From positions 60,479,690 through 60,543,689 of the forward strand of contig NC_068993.1 in NCBI RefSeq assembly GCF_001194135.2: DNA of 64,000 bases, read 5' to 3'. Below, piece by piece: positions 1-11,339 of this stretch (within the stretch, counting starts at the first letter, position 1; every line of letters starts with the position of its first letter). The notes below the pieces were generated by a model that made no database searches, was not told the DNA's origin, and saw only the letters and a list, made by a program, of their open reading frames with translations. Source of the DNA: Octopus bimaculoides (Eukaryota). The translations under genes were made by a program, and so were the position numbers.

Positions 1-3
1 CTC

Positions 4-36
<33 letters not shown>

Positions 37-739
37 CATACATAAATACATACATATGTATACATATATATATAGCTTACTGCACCCGGTTTCACTTTCT
101 AGTTGCGACTGTTTAATTTTCATTTTACGTCGGTCATGTCGTCAGCATACCCTTGAGAAAGGCACGAGAATTCAGTTTTGTTCCACATCTGAGGACTTAA
201 CGTTTTGCAATCTGACATCGATGTAAGTTGTTGTTAAGCCCCAGGTAAACCTACAGCTAGCAGCTCTCTCAATAAACATGCCATCTGTGACCATCCTGTC
301 ATTTGACCTGTGGTTTATGTATGAACGCGCTCGTATGTTATTTTATAGTTTTCACGAAGATCTAGTAACACTGTCGGTCTGGCTGATAGCGGGCTGTTGG
401 GGTAAATTGGTTGACGGGCTTGTGTTGAAGCTCATAATATGGCTGGGTTTTGGCTGTTATTTCTAGAAAGTCGAGCTGTTACGTACAGCAGGCATGGGCA
501 ATCTTTATCGACAAGCGGGTGGCACTAATAAAAAAAATTAATTAATTTAAGGTAACTTTTTGATTCGCGTGCCATTTAGAAAGTCCCACAGACCCACTAT
601 GCGTTCTTGGGCATCAGAGCGGAAACGAAATTTCCTTAGGGTGTGTAAACCCCTAGTTCAACCCAAGGTGTTCGTTTTCATTGCCCACACCCACCCTAAC
701 AAAAACTTTTAGTGGGTGCACTTGCATTCCCTGTTCCCG

Positions 740-975
740 AGTCTACGGAAGTCTTGGTTTCAGTCCCACAGCATGACACTGCGGGCAAGTGTCTTCTGTT
801 ATTGCTCCGAGCCGACCAAAGCTTTGCGAGTGGATTGGGCAGAAGGAAACTGTACGGAAGCCTATCGTGTACGTGTCTTGACAACCGGCGTTGGTTTGTT
901 TGCGTTCCCGTAAATTAACGATTTGGTATAAAACAACGATAGAATAAGCGCCAGACTTGAAAAAAAAAAGTATTG
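740..975 (+). mobile_element. Degenerate tRNA-derived SINE, family A (5'-truncated)
   Basis: GGTTTCAGTCCCAC...GGGCAAGTGTCTTCT...CCGACCAAAGC...GAGTGGATT...GGAAACTG matches the intact copy at 40766-41172. Confidence 0.8.
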
Positions 976-1587
976 GTGGTGGCAGCGTTGATTCTTTCAA
1001 CTAAAACCCTTCCAAAGCCTTTCCGATGACTGGAACAGGTTAAAACAAAAAATTCAAAACGCTTCAAATAATGTCGGTAACGATTATATCGGAATTTAAC
1101 GTAAAAGAAAAGAAAATTGATGGCCGTGCACGTGCACACACACACACACACACGCACGTATCGAATAATTCTTTTCAAAATTTCGACTTTCACTTCTTAG
1201 ATAGAACTACAATTGTGTAACCAATCGAAGCTATCAGCTGAATAAAATTTCTATTACTTGTGGTGATATGTTCGCCAAACAGCATTTGCAGTGGTTGTTA
1301 TTCAATTTTTTTTTTATATAGCGTCGTTAGTTACGTTTCCTGTAGGTCAATTACTGGTTCACTACGTTTGCGATGGAGGTCATGGCAAGGAGGTAATGGG
1401 TAGCTCGAGTAGGACAAATATTGTACAATGTATTCTTATTACAAAACACCGGTTTATTGATTTCACACATCCACACAAACGTGTGTGTACACCTACATGA
1501 GGGCAGCGGATTGTATTTTGTGTGTATATATGTGCGTGTGTGTGTGTATGTATTAATATTATATTTTATCAAATGTATTAAAATTTC

Positions 1588-2366
1588 GGTACTATTCAAG
1601 AAGAGTGCACGCACTTGCACACTCGCGTATCCGCGCTAGCTAGTCGTGACTAGTCGATCCTACAACGACTATGTAACGCGAGTGCGCGCCATGCGCAAAA
1701 CAATTATGAGGGTTTTTTTTTAAACAAAATAAATAATTTTTTTTAAACAAAGTAAATATAACACAAAGTAAATAATTTTGTTGTTGTTGTTGAATCTTCC
1801 CCATCTTACTCTTAAAACGTTGTTTTACTTCCTTCCAGGGTGTATTTTGGTGTCACATCTATTTCAGTAATCCCATTGTACGACGCACTCCAACAATCAG
1901 AATATATAGTCGTCCCTGGTTTGATAAATTTTTTAATAAATGGTAAAAGAGTTTCAGAAGAACGGTCAGGTACAAAGACTAAAAAACCTATTTTTATCCT
2001 CTCTATCCCAACCTCGGTTGTATTTGCGCTTCCACATCATAGATTCATCTGTTTCTACGATGTGCCCAAGTCCACCAATTTAATAGGGGTTACGCAAAAG
2101 CTAATTACTTGTAATGTCCCTCATGTACTGATACCATTGAACAACAGTAGATTTTGAAAGACCAACTTTTTAATGAACTCCTTACCAAAAACAGGTAGTG
2201 TATAATTTATTTACTTTGTTTAGAAAAAAATTATTTACTTTGTTTAGAAAAACCCTCATGTGCATGACGCGCACTCGTGCTAGGTAGTCGTAGGATTGAC
2301 TAGTCACGACTCGCTAGCGCGGATGCGCGAGTGCGCGCACCGGGACCATTCTTGTTGAATAGTACC
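1588..2366 (-). mobile_element. Merlin-superfamily DNA transposon, internally deleted and non-autonomous
   Basis: TIRs at ~1588-1757 and ~2205-2366 begin GGTACTATTCAA and end TTGAATAGTACC. Perfect 9-bp TSD TAAAATTTC at 1579-1587 and 2367-2375. A transposase remnant lies inside. Confidence 0.93.
1800..2190 (-). pseudogene. Merlin/ISXO2-like DDE transposase fragment with stops, frameshifts and deletions
   Basis: Minus-strand translation: LSKSTVVQWYQYMRD..IGGLGHIVETDESMMWKRKYNRG / GIERIKIGFLVFVPDRSSETLLPFIKKFIKPGTTIYSDCWSASYNGI..PKYT / WKEVKQRFK. VETDES (2041-2058) and IYSDCW (1890-1907) carry the first two catalytic Asp residues; the HxxTIE(S)xW segment with the catalytic Glu is deleted. Confidence 0.9.
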
Positions 2367-2524
2367 TAAAATTTCATCTTGGGTGCATAATAGCATTATC
2401 AAATTGTCCCAGTAATTTATGGGTTTACTAAAAGTTAGCGGAGAATATAGTCTTTGTGTGTGGAAAATGTGCAGCTACAATAAGCCCTAAAAATATACGG
2501 ACAACAGGCTCCCTCAAATGCTCA

Positions 2525-3410
2525 GGTAGAAGTAGTAGATAGCTTTTGTTACCTAGGAGACCAAGTTAGCAGTGGGGGAAGGAGTACTGAAAGTGCAGTT
2601 GCTAGGATAAGAACAAGCTGGGAAAAGTTCAGAGAGCTTCTACTTTTGTTGGTAACTAAGGGCCTTTTGCTCTGAGTGAAAGGCAGAGTATGTTTTGTAC
2701 CTGTGTATGTACAGCTGTGATACATGGCAATAAAACATGGTCTTTGATGACAGAGGACTTGTGAAGGCTTAAAAGAAATGAAGCTAGCATACTCTGCTGG
2801 ATGGGTAATGTCAGTGTGCATGCATGACAGGTGTAAATGATTTAAGAGGAAAACTGGTTATGTAAGAGGCATCAGATGTTGTGTGCAAGGGAGAAGGGTG
2901 TGCTGGTTTGGTCATGTGATGCGTATGAATGAGGGCAGCTGCATAAACAAGTGCCATGCTCTAATTGCAGAGGGAACCTGTGGAAGGGGTAGACCCAGGA
3001 AGACATGGGACGAAGTAGTGATAAAGGATCCTTGGGTACTGAGCAGCACAGAGGAAATGACAAGGGGTCAGGAGATATGGAAATTTGCTGTACTTGATAA
3101 GACATATCAAGTTAAGTAAAATGGCTGTCTTCCGCACACAGGCTTCTCCTTTCGGGGACTGGTGCCACTTAAAAAGCATGCTTGGTGGTGCCGCATTAAC
3201 ACACCTGTGTCAGTGCTACATAAATTCACCCACGCCAGTGGCACACAAGGAACACCCAGCACATTCTTTTAAGTGGTTAAAGTTAGGAAGGGCATCTAAC
3301 CATAGAAACCATGCCTCAACAGAGGGAGTTTGGACAGCTCCACAGCTGACCAGCTCCATGTCAAACCATCCAACCCATGCCAGCATGGAGAGTGGACATT
3401 AAATCATCAT
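2525..3410 (+). mobile_element. RTE-clade LINE 3' fragment (RT C-terminus plus 3' UTR/tail)
   Basis: Translation VEVVDSFCYLGDQVSSGG..AVARIRTSWEKFRELL..WFGHVMRMNEGSCINKC..GTCGRGRPRKTW, followed by a tail ending CCATGCCAGCATGGAGAGTGGACATTAAAT before a CAT/GAT repeat. Confidence 0.88.
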
Positions 3411-3414
3411 CGTC

Positions 3415-3725
3415 GTCGTCATCATCGTTTAGCATCCGCTTTCCATGCTGGCATGGGTCAGATGGTTTGACTGAGGACTGGCAAGCCGGGAGGCTGCACC
3501 AGGCTCCAATCTGATCTGGCAAGGTTTCTGCAGCTGGAGCCCCTTCCTAACGCCAACCACTCCGAGAGTGTAGAGGGTGCTTTTTGCGTACCATTAGCAC
3601 AGGGGCCAGTCGGGCAGTACTGGCATCGACCATGCTTGAACAGTGCTTTTTACATGCCACCAGCACAGAAGCTAGTCAAACGGCACTGGTAACGACCATG
3701 CTTTTTACATGCTACCGGCACAGGA
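3415..3725 (-). mobile_element. RTE-tail-derived element (LINE 3' UTR or RTE-dependent SINE), tail-to-tail with the preceding copy
   Basis: Reverse complement of the same 3' end (CATCATCGTTTAGCATCCGCTTTCCATGCTGGCATGGG...CTTCCTAACGCCAACCACT). Confidence 0.85.
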
Positions 3726-3730
3726 GCCGG

Positions 3731-3767
<37 letters not shown>

Positions 3768-3902
3768 CAATAATAACAACAATAATAATAATGATATGTT
3801 TATCTATTTAGATGAACATACTTAGGCCTCTTAAAATAAACTGATTGTCAGTATGTTTTATTAGAAACAATGAGTTTGACAAAATGCTTTTTGTTTCAAC
3901 AG

Positions 3903-3949
<47 letters not shown>

Positions 3950-4134
3950 NNNNNNNNNNNNNNNNNNNNNNNNNNNNNNNNNNNNNNNNNNNNNNNNNNN
4001 NNNNNNNNNNNNNNNNNNNNNNNNNNNNNNNNNNNNNNNNNNNNNNNNNNNNNNNNNNNNNNNNNNNNNNNNNNNNNNNNNNNNNNNNNNNNNNNNNNNN
4101 NNNNNNNNNATATATATATGTATATATATATGAT

Positions 4135-4320
4135 CGGCCATTATTATGATTGACCGTTGACTGAACACTATTCAATTTTTTTTCTCCGTGTTTTTCTCCT
4201 TGTCTCCGTATTCTTTCTGTTGAAGAGCGTAGCTCGAAACGTCAAAGACTTTCCGTATTCCCGAGCGTCATACTAATATATACTTTTGTTATTTACACCA
4301 CCTGTCCTCGTCTGTTGTTA
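4135..4320 (+). mobile_element. Short Penelope-like terminal-repeat (pLTR-like) fragment inserted in a (TA)n tract
   Basis: Non-simple sequence bounded by (TA)n on both sides; it contains a minimal hammerhead motif at 4212-4248. Confidence 0.55.
4212..4248 (+). ncRNA. Minimal type I hammerhead ribozyme motif (variant core)
   Basis: TCTTT-CTGTTGA-A-GAGC-gta-GCTC-GAAA-C-GTC-AAAGA: 5-bp stem I, 4-bp stem II, palindromic ACGT stem III and a GUC triplet. A6 is replaced by U. Confidence 0.6.
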
Positions 4321-4360
4321 TTTTTTGTATATTCTCCCATATATATATATATATATGTAA

Positions 4361-4393
<33 letters not shown>

Positions 4394-5460
4394 TATATAT
4401 ACACATACATATATGTATATATGCATATGTATATACATGTGTGTTTATATGTATATATTTGCATATGTCTATATAAATATATATACGAAATACACAGGTG
4501 CACACACACACACACACACACACATTCAGAATTACAATAGGAATATTTAAAATTGGAATAATAGAATATATTAAAATGGAAATGTTTCATGATTTTAATA
4601 AGATATGCCTCTAAGGAAATATGTTCCCTGTATTCAGAATGTTTCGTTCTATTTGGCGGTGGCAATGGTGGTGGTGGTGGTAGCAGTGGTGATGGTGGTG
4701 GTGGTGGCAGTGGTGGTGGTGGTGGTTTTGGCAGTAGTGATGCGGGTGGTGGTTTTGTTCTCTTTTGCTGGGTTATGTGCTTGACTACGTATAGCGGCTT
4801 AATCTTGTGAATATATTGATTTCAAACAATATCAAAGGAATCCGCCCCCCCCACCACCACCACAAAAAAAGAAAGAAAGGTAAAATAAACCAAGTACAAA
4901 ACAACATAGAGTACATCTTTATAAACTTCCATTGAGCGGCAATTTCATTTTTTTTTTTTTGTTTGTGTGTATGTTGTTTCTTTAAATGTGTTCTGAATTT
5001 GATCTAAAATGATGTTACAGTTATTTCGGAATATTAATCTTAGCAGAAGTGTTTGATTGGTGACAGAAAGTATTGCAGGTCCCGTTTGCTTGACGAGGCT
5101 AGTAGGATTTACTTCGGCAGATGTTACTAAGCTCCTTCGATGACGAGACACAATAATCTGTTATGAATAAAGGGTGCCAAACCTCCCCTGGTGCCAGGGG
5201 ATCGTTTGGTACCAGGACACAGAGAAAGAATAAATTTTAAAACTATATTTCTATTTCATTAACCATGTCCTTGCATTATATACATGTATATATATATATA
5301 TATATATTATATATACCATATTTTAATGTGTATAAGGAACCCTCTAATTCTGGGGACTTAAAATTTGGAAAAAAGGTTTTGTAAGGGATTATAATACTAT
5401 CCATGTATAAGAAACCCCCATATTTCTTTAACCTAATTTTTGACGTAAAAGGGTTCTACA

Positions 5461-5731
5461 GTTCCATATTTAAGAGATGAGGAATTATGTACATTATTTA
5501 CATTATTTACATTTGACAGATATTTGTCCTCGTCTTGTTTGTCGTTAACAGAAAGTTTCGGCTGATATACCCGCCAGCCTTCATCAGGTGTCTTGGGGAA
5601 ATTTCAAACCTGGGTTCTCATTCCTAAGGTATTTTTCGATGTTGTTATTGTTATTATTATTATTCAGGTCATTGCCTGGAATCAAATTTGGAATCATGGG
5701 GTTAGTAACCCGCACGCTTAACCACTACGCC
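5461..5731 (-). mobile_element. tRNA-headed, hammerhead-containing non-autonomous element (complete copy)
   Basis: The minus strand reads TGGCGTAGTGG (A box)..tRNA-like head..(AAT)n..body..hammerhead motif..AT-rich tail. Collinear with 49146-49388. Confidence 0.8.
5547..5592 (-). ncRNA. Minimal type I hammerhead motif (decayed copy)
   Basis: GACAC-CTGATGA-A-GGCTG-gcgggtatat-CAGCC-GAAA-C-TTT-CTGTT. Core CUGAUGA/GAAA is intact; the stem III G is replaced by T. Confidence 0.6.
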
Positions 5732-5889
5732 ATAATAATAATAATAATAATAATAATAATAGTAACATCAAAAAATACCTTAGGAATGAGAACCCAGGTT
5801 CGAAATTTCCCCAAGACACCTGAAGAAGGCTGGAGGGTATATCAGTCGAAACATTATGTTAACAACAAACAAGATTAGGACAAATATCC
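5732..5889 (+). mobile_element. Headless second copy of the same element, inverted against the first
   Basis: (AAT)n-AACATCAAAAAATACCTTAGGAATGAGAACCCAGG...GGACAAATATCC is the reverse complement of ~5519-5665 at roughly 85-90% identity by eye. Confidence 0.85.
5815..5860 (+). ncRNA. Minimal type I hammerhead motif (decayed copy)
   Basis: GACAC-CTGAAGA-A-GGCTG-gagggtatat-CAGTC-GAAA-C-ATT-ATGTT. Core is intact; CpG-type decay (CG to CA) in stem III. Confidence 0.6.
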
Positions 5890-6220
5890 AGATATTGCTG
5901 GTTTAAATGCTAAAAGGTTAAAAGGTCTGAGAGGGAACCAAACCACAGAAACAATATTAACCCTTTAAGCAGTCAGGGTTCTTTGTCAAATTTTATGTTT
6001 CTTTGTAATTTACATTGTTTTGAATTAATCCTGGATTATCTCATAGCTTCAAGATTTCAAATTATGTGATTGCTTAGTTTTAGAATGACATTGTAGGGCA
6101 GGTGTGAGAGATTGGATTTTAACATAAAATAGGGAGAATATTTGAGCCAGATATGACCAGATTAAATGCTAAAGACTTAAACTACACTCCTTTCTGTCTG
6201 TGACTACTTTTTGTTTTTAG

Positions 6221-6324
6221 TGCCAGACCACAAATATATAAAAGAAGGACTGGAATTGGTCCAGTGGTGCTTCTTTGCCTGTTTTATTACCGTTTGCAGA
6301 ATCTTCATCATATTGGACACAATG
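6221..6324 (+). CDS. Candidate internal exon of an unidentified gene
   Basis: Acceptor CTTTTTGTTTTTAG| at 6220 and donor ATG|GTAAGT at 6325. Two frames are open (PDHKYIKEGLELVQWCFFACFITVCRIFIILDTM or ARPQIYKRRTGIGPVVLLCLFYYRLQNLHHIGHN). An alternative acceptor TTTGCAG| at 6299 would give a 25-nt microexon. Confidence 0.42.
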
Positions 6325-6409
6325 GTAAGTGGCATTTCTTCTTGCAACTTGCATTCTGAGTTCAAATTCTGATGAGGGCAACTGTCTTTCATTCTTTTTT
6401 TGGGGGCAG

Positions 6410-6700
6410 GGCTCAATAAAAAAATACCAGTTAATTACTGGAATCAAACTAATTGATTTGTCCCTCTGTCTAAAAAAATTGCTGGCTTTGTGCTAAAATT
6501 TGAAACCATTATATAAGTGGTAAGATGGCAGAATAATTGCCATATCCAACAAAATGGTAAGTTCAGATTCTGCCAAGGATAATTTTGTCATTCCTTCTTT
6601 CAAGGTCGTTAGAATGAGTACCAGTAAAACGCTAGGGTCAATGTAATCGATTTGACCTCCTTCATTCAAAATTGCTGACTTGATACCAAAATTTGAAAGG
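6410..6700 (+). mobile_element. Two degenerate family B SINE pieces in tandem
   Basis: Similar to 35481-35701 (TGGCAGAAT..., AGTACCAG.., GTCAATGTAATCGA.., CAAAATTTGAAA). Confidence 0.65.
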
Positions 6701-7111
6701 GTTTTGTTATTCTAACGACAGTTGTTGTCATTGATGCTGTTGTTTGTCATGATGTTGTTGTTGTTAACTAAATGTTGCCACATCTTGTTTTGATAGAAAA
6801 ACGAACATTTGAAAGAGGTAAAAAAAAAAAAAGATAGCAAAAATGGAAAACAACCTGCCGATGGGACAGAGCCGAAAACGGAAGGAAGGATGCATACTAA
6901 ACAAAACAAAATAAACATGTTCACACACACACACACACATACATGCACACACACATGCACTTACATGCACACACGCACACATGCACATACATACATACAT
7001 ACATACATTCATACATAAGCACATGCATACATACATGTATACATGCATATATATATACATATATACATATATATATACACACACATATATACATATATAC
7101 ATATACACATA

Positions 7112-7191
<80 letters not shown>

Positions 7192-7228
7192 TGCACACAC
7201 ACACATACATATGTATATATGCATTTAT

Positions 7229-7364
7229 TTGGCGTTAGGAAGGGCATCCAGCTGTAGAAACTCTGCCAAATTTAGATTGGAGGCTGGTGTTGCCATCCGG
7301 TTTCACCAGTCCTCAGTCAAGTCGTCCAACCCATGCTAGCATGGAAAGCGGACGTTAAACGATG
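7229..7364 (+). mobile_element. RTE-tail-derived element 3' end
   Basis: TTGGCGTTAGGAAGGGCATCCAGCTGTAGAAAC...CCAACCCATGCTAGCATGGAAAGCGGACGTTAAACGATG, same family as the 3.3-3.7 kb copies. Confidence 0.85.
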
Positions 7365-7469
7365 NNNNNNNNNNNNNNNNNNNNNNNNNNNNNNNNNNNN
7401 NNNNNNNNNNNNNNNNNNNNNNNNNNNNNNNNNNNNNNNNNNNNNNNNNNNNNNNNNNNNNNNTATATA

Positions 7470-7521
<52 letters not shown>

Positions 7522-7914
7522 TACACACATATATATATATATATATATATCATCATCATCATCATCATCATATATATTCAAATTCAAAACCAAGAAGAAT
7601 TCTTCAAAACAAAAACAAACAAAAAAAACAAAGCTAAACAGCGAAATAAATAAAAACAAAAAAACATAAAGTGTAAGTGAAACTGAAACCAAAATCAAAA
7701 CGAAAACGAAGAGAGAATCTGAGGTAAATCGGAAGCAAAGGGATTTAGCTCTGGCGCTACCATTTCCTTCATTCCCTCCCAATTCCACTTTTGGTCTGTT
7801 TTATCGATTCGTTTAGCTTTAAATTCTTTGTTTTGATTACTTTTCAATTTATTTCTATTTTTTTTGTTTTGTTCATTTTCTTTGAATTCTTGTATTCTTC
7901 AAAATTTTGATTTC

Positions 7915-7977
7915 ATTGTACTACCAATGTTGTCGTTGTTGTTAGTGTTGCTGTTGTTGTGGTTATTATTATTATTA

Positions 7978-8021
<44 letters not shown>

Positions 8022-8022
8022 G

Positions 8023-8102
<80 letters not shown>

Positions 8103-8103
8103 T
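7915..8103. repeat. Compound (TTG)n/(TTA)n/(TAG)n microsatellite
   Basis: Seen directly in sequence. Confidence 0.95.
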
Positions 8104-8570
8104 AGGAATTTTTCAGGATATTTTTTAGGCTAGAAATAGTGTTGGTAGGATTGGTGGTGGGGGGGGGAGGATGAGCAAATCAACGTGAGGAAGAAACTGA
8201 GATATATATATATAGAGAGAGAAGGAGATTGAAGGAGAAGGGGTTGGGGAGAGAATCGGTTTGTGAGGGAATGAGAGAGAAAATACAGAGACGTAGAGAA
8301 ATAGAAATGGAGAGGGTGAGACAGAGAAAGCGAAAGACTAGAAGTTAAAGAGAGAGAGAGAGAGAGGAGGGACAGGAGGGGACAAAAAGAGAGGGAGAGG
8401 AGAACAGAGAGAGAGAGGGGACAGAGAAAGAGGGTGACAGAAAGAGAGGGGGATAGAGAAAGTGATAATGTAGAGATAAGACGGAGAATAAAAATGGTAA
8501 AACGGAATAAAGGTAAGAGAGAATAAAGGAAGGGTTACAAGAAGGAGAGAATTGGGGAAGAAAGAGAAAG

Positions 8571-8606
<36 letters not shown>

Positions 8607-9049
8607 TTAGCTTGGAAGATAGAGTGATAGATACGTAAGTATCAATACACATACATCAATCAGTTCATATAAGATAGACATATATGCATACACACACACA
8701 CGCACACACACACACACACCAGACACATACATGGTTGCGTACATACATGGATACATTCATACATGTATATGTACATACACACACACAGTCATACACACAC
8801 GCAGTCATACACACACATACACATATTATATATATATAGAGAGAGAGAGAAAGAGAGACAGACAGACAGACAGATAGACAGACAGACAGACAGATAGACA
8901 GACAGACAGACGAGGATTGATTGATTGACAAGAGAAAAAGTTAATGATAGATATGTCCTCTCTCTCTCTCTTTCTCTCACACACATACACGCACACACAC
9001 ATATACATACATGCATACATATATGTAAGTAAACATATTTAAATATGTG

Positions 9050-9080
<31 letters not shown>

Positions 9081-9273
9081 TTATGCATATTGATATAATA
9101 TATAGCATCATTGTCATTTAACATCCATTTTTGATGATGATCATGATGATGATGCTGATGATATATATGTATACCTATAGCTATATATGTGTGTGTATGC
9201 GTGTGTGTGTAAATAGACATAAACTATATCTATATATAAATCTACGTATATAAATATATATTTGTCAAATATA

Positions 9274-9321
<48 letters not shown>

Positions 9322-9821
9322 TATACATATGTCTATATTTATATATATATGTCTATATANNNNNNNNNNNNNNNNNNNNNNNNNNNNNNNNNNNNNNNNN
9401 NNNNNNNNNNNNNNNNNNNNNNNNNNNNNNNNNNNNNNNNNNNNNNNNNNNNNNNNNNNNNNNNNNNNNNNNNNNNNNNNNNNNNNNNNNNNNNNNNNNN
9501 NNNNNNNNNNNNNNNNNNNNNNNNNNNNNNNNNNNNNNNNNNNNNNNNNNNNNNNNNNNNNNNNNNNNNNNNNNNNNNNNNNNNNNNNNNNNNNNNNNNN
9601 NNNNNNNNNNNNNNNNNNNNNNNNNNNNNNNNNNNNNNNNNNNNNNNNNNNNNNNNNNNNNNNNNNNNNNNNNNNNNNNNNNNNNNNNNNNNNNNNNNNN
9701 NNNNNNNNNNNNNNNNNNNNNNNNNNNNNNNNNNNNNNNNNNNNNNNNNNNNNNNNNNNNNNNNNNNNNNNNNNNNNNNNNNNNNNNNNNNNNNNNNNNN
9801 NNNNNNTATGTATATATCAAC

Positions 9822-9897
<76 letters not shown>

Positions 9898-10281
9898 GCA
9901 TGTATGTATATATGAATACATATATGTGAATACACGCACACGTGTATGTGTGTGTGTGTGAATGTGTTTTACTTGTAAAAAAAGGAAATAAACGTGAGCT
10001 GTAATGAAGCATGGCAAGAAAGAAAGACAATGAGATGTAAATCAATGGAGGGTGGGGTGGGGAGGAGGAGGAGGAGGAGGGGTGAGACTGAGGATATAAT
10101 TAATGTAATTCTTGTATAAATTGGAACGTTAGACATGGTGGGTTTGGTGGCGGGAGTGGGTGGCTGTTGTATATGGAGCACACATCATTATCATCATCAT
10201 TATCATCATCATTATCATCATCATTATCACGACCATCACCATCAACGCTGTCATCATCATCATCATCAACATCATCAACAT

Positions 10282-10312
<31 letters not shown>

Positions 10313-10589
10313 AGCATTGTTACCTTTTATCATTATCATAACCCTATCCAAACTATTGCTACTACTACTACTACTACCACCATCACCACCACCACCACTA
10401 CTACTACTACAAGTGCTGCTGTACAGCCTAATTTTGGTGGTGGTGGTAGTGGTGTTCTTCCAAGAATTGGAAAAGTACATTCAATAATTCTTTCCATCAT
10501 TCCCTGAGTCCTCAACTCCTGATCATCACTGTTATATCATCAATGCTATTATCACCATCATCATCAACATCGTTATCTCAGTGATGTTA

Positions 10590-11285
10590 GTAGATGATGC
10601 ATTCATTGAGACAAAGAAAGAAGAAATAGCGATTTATGACAGGATAGCATGCAAGACAACTGGGAGCTTCTTTGAGAAAACCTGCTGGAAGCTGCAGACC
10701 TGATCTATAAATGGACCAAAGCTTCCACCAGAAAGAAGGTGACATGGAATGGTGGAATGGTTTAGTAGACAAAGCTATAAAAGTTAAGAAACAGATTTAG
10801 AAAGAGAAGGCAAAAGGAAAAGAATTAGATTCAATTTTAGGTGAGTAAAAGACAAGTTAGGCATCAGGTGGACTTTGTGAGTCGAGAAGGAGAAGATAAG
10901 AGGTTTGCAAGTGTTATGTAGAATGTGGAGCAAAGGACATCAGGTATCCTGGATTGCAAGGCAAGATGTTGCTATGAATCAGGCCATCCCTGGTGAAAAG
11001 TGGGAATGTAATGATGTTTGTTTTTTTTTTTTTCTACAAAGTGTGATGTGGCAAAGAAGAGTGACATAAGCCATGAAAGTGGAGGATGTACAAGGCTGGA
11101 AAGAAATGGGGCAAGCATGCTACAATGTATGTGTTTGAATGACATTTGAATTGAAAGGGAATCTGGATATAAGGGGATTTGGATAGAGAGAAGAGCAGAA
11201 GTGAAGACTGGGATGGTACAGACATGTGATGGCTTTGGAAGATGATGGTTGGTTAAAATCTCTGGGAAAGGAAGATTGAATAAGA
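10590..11285 (+). mobile_element. Degenerate RTE LINE ORF fragments (EN-RT linker and RT C-terminus)
   Basis: DLIYKWTKASTRKKVTW/WWNGLVDKAIKVKKQ at ~10.7-10.8 kb; MKVEDVQRLERNGASML..LGWYRHVM at ~11.07-11.24 kb. Confidence 0.75.
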
Positions 11286-11339
11286 TATGGGAAGAAAGCG
11301 TTGAAATCTGTTACCACATATAAATAACAGTAATATATT

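Noticed and set aside
489-693. Possible hAT MITE (CAGGCATGGGCAA ... TTGCCCACACCCA)
   Set aside because: TIR match is only 9/13 and there is no 8-bp TSD.
1840-2157. 105-aa plus-strand ORF
   Set aside because: It is the antisense shadow of the Merlin transposase remnant.
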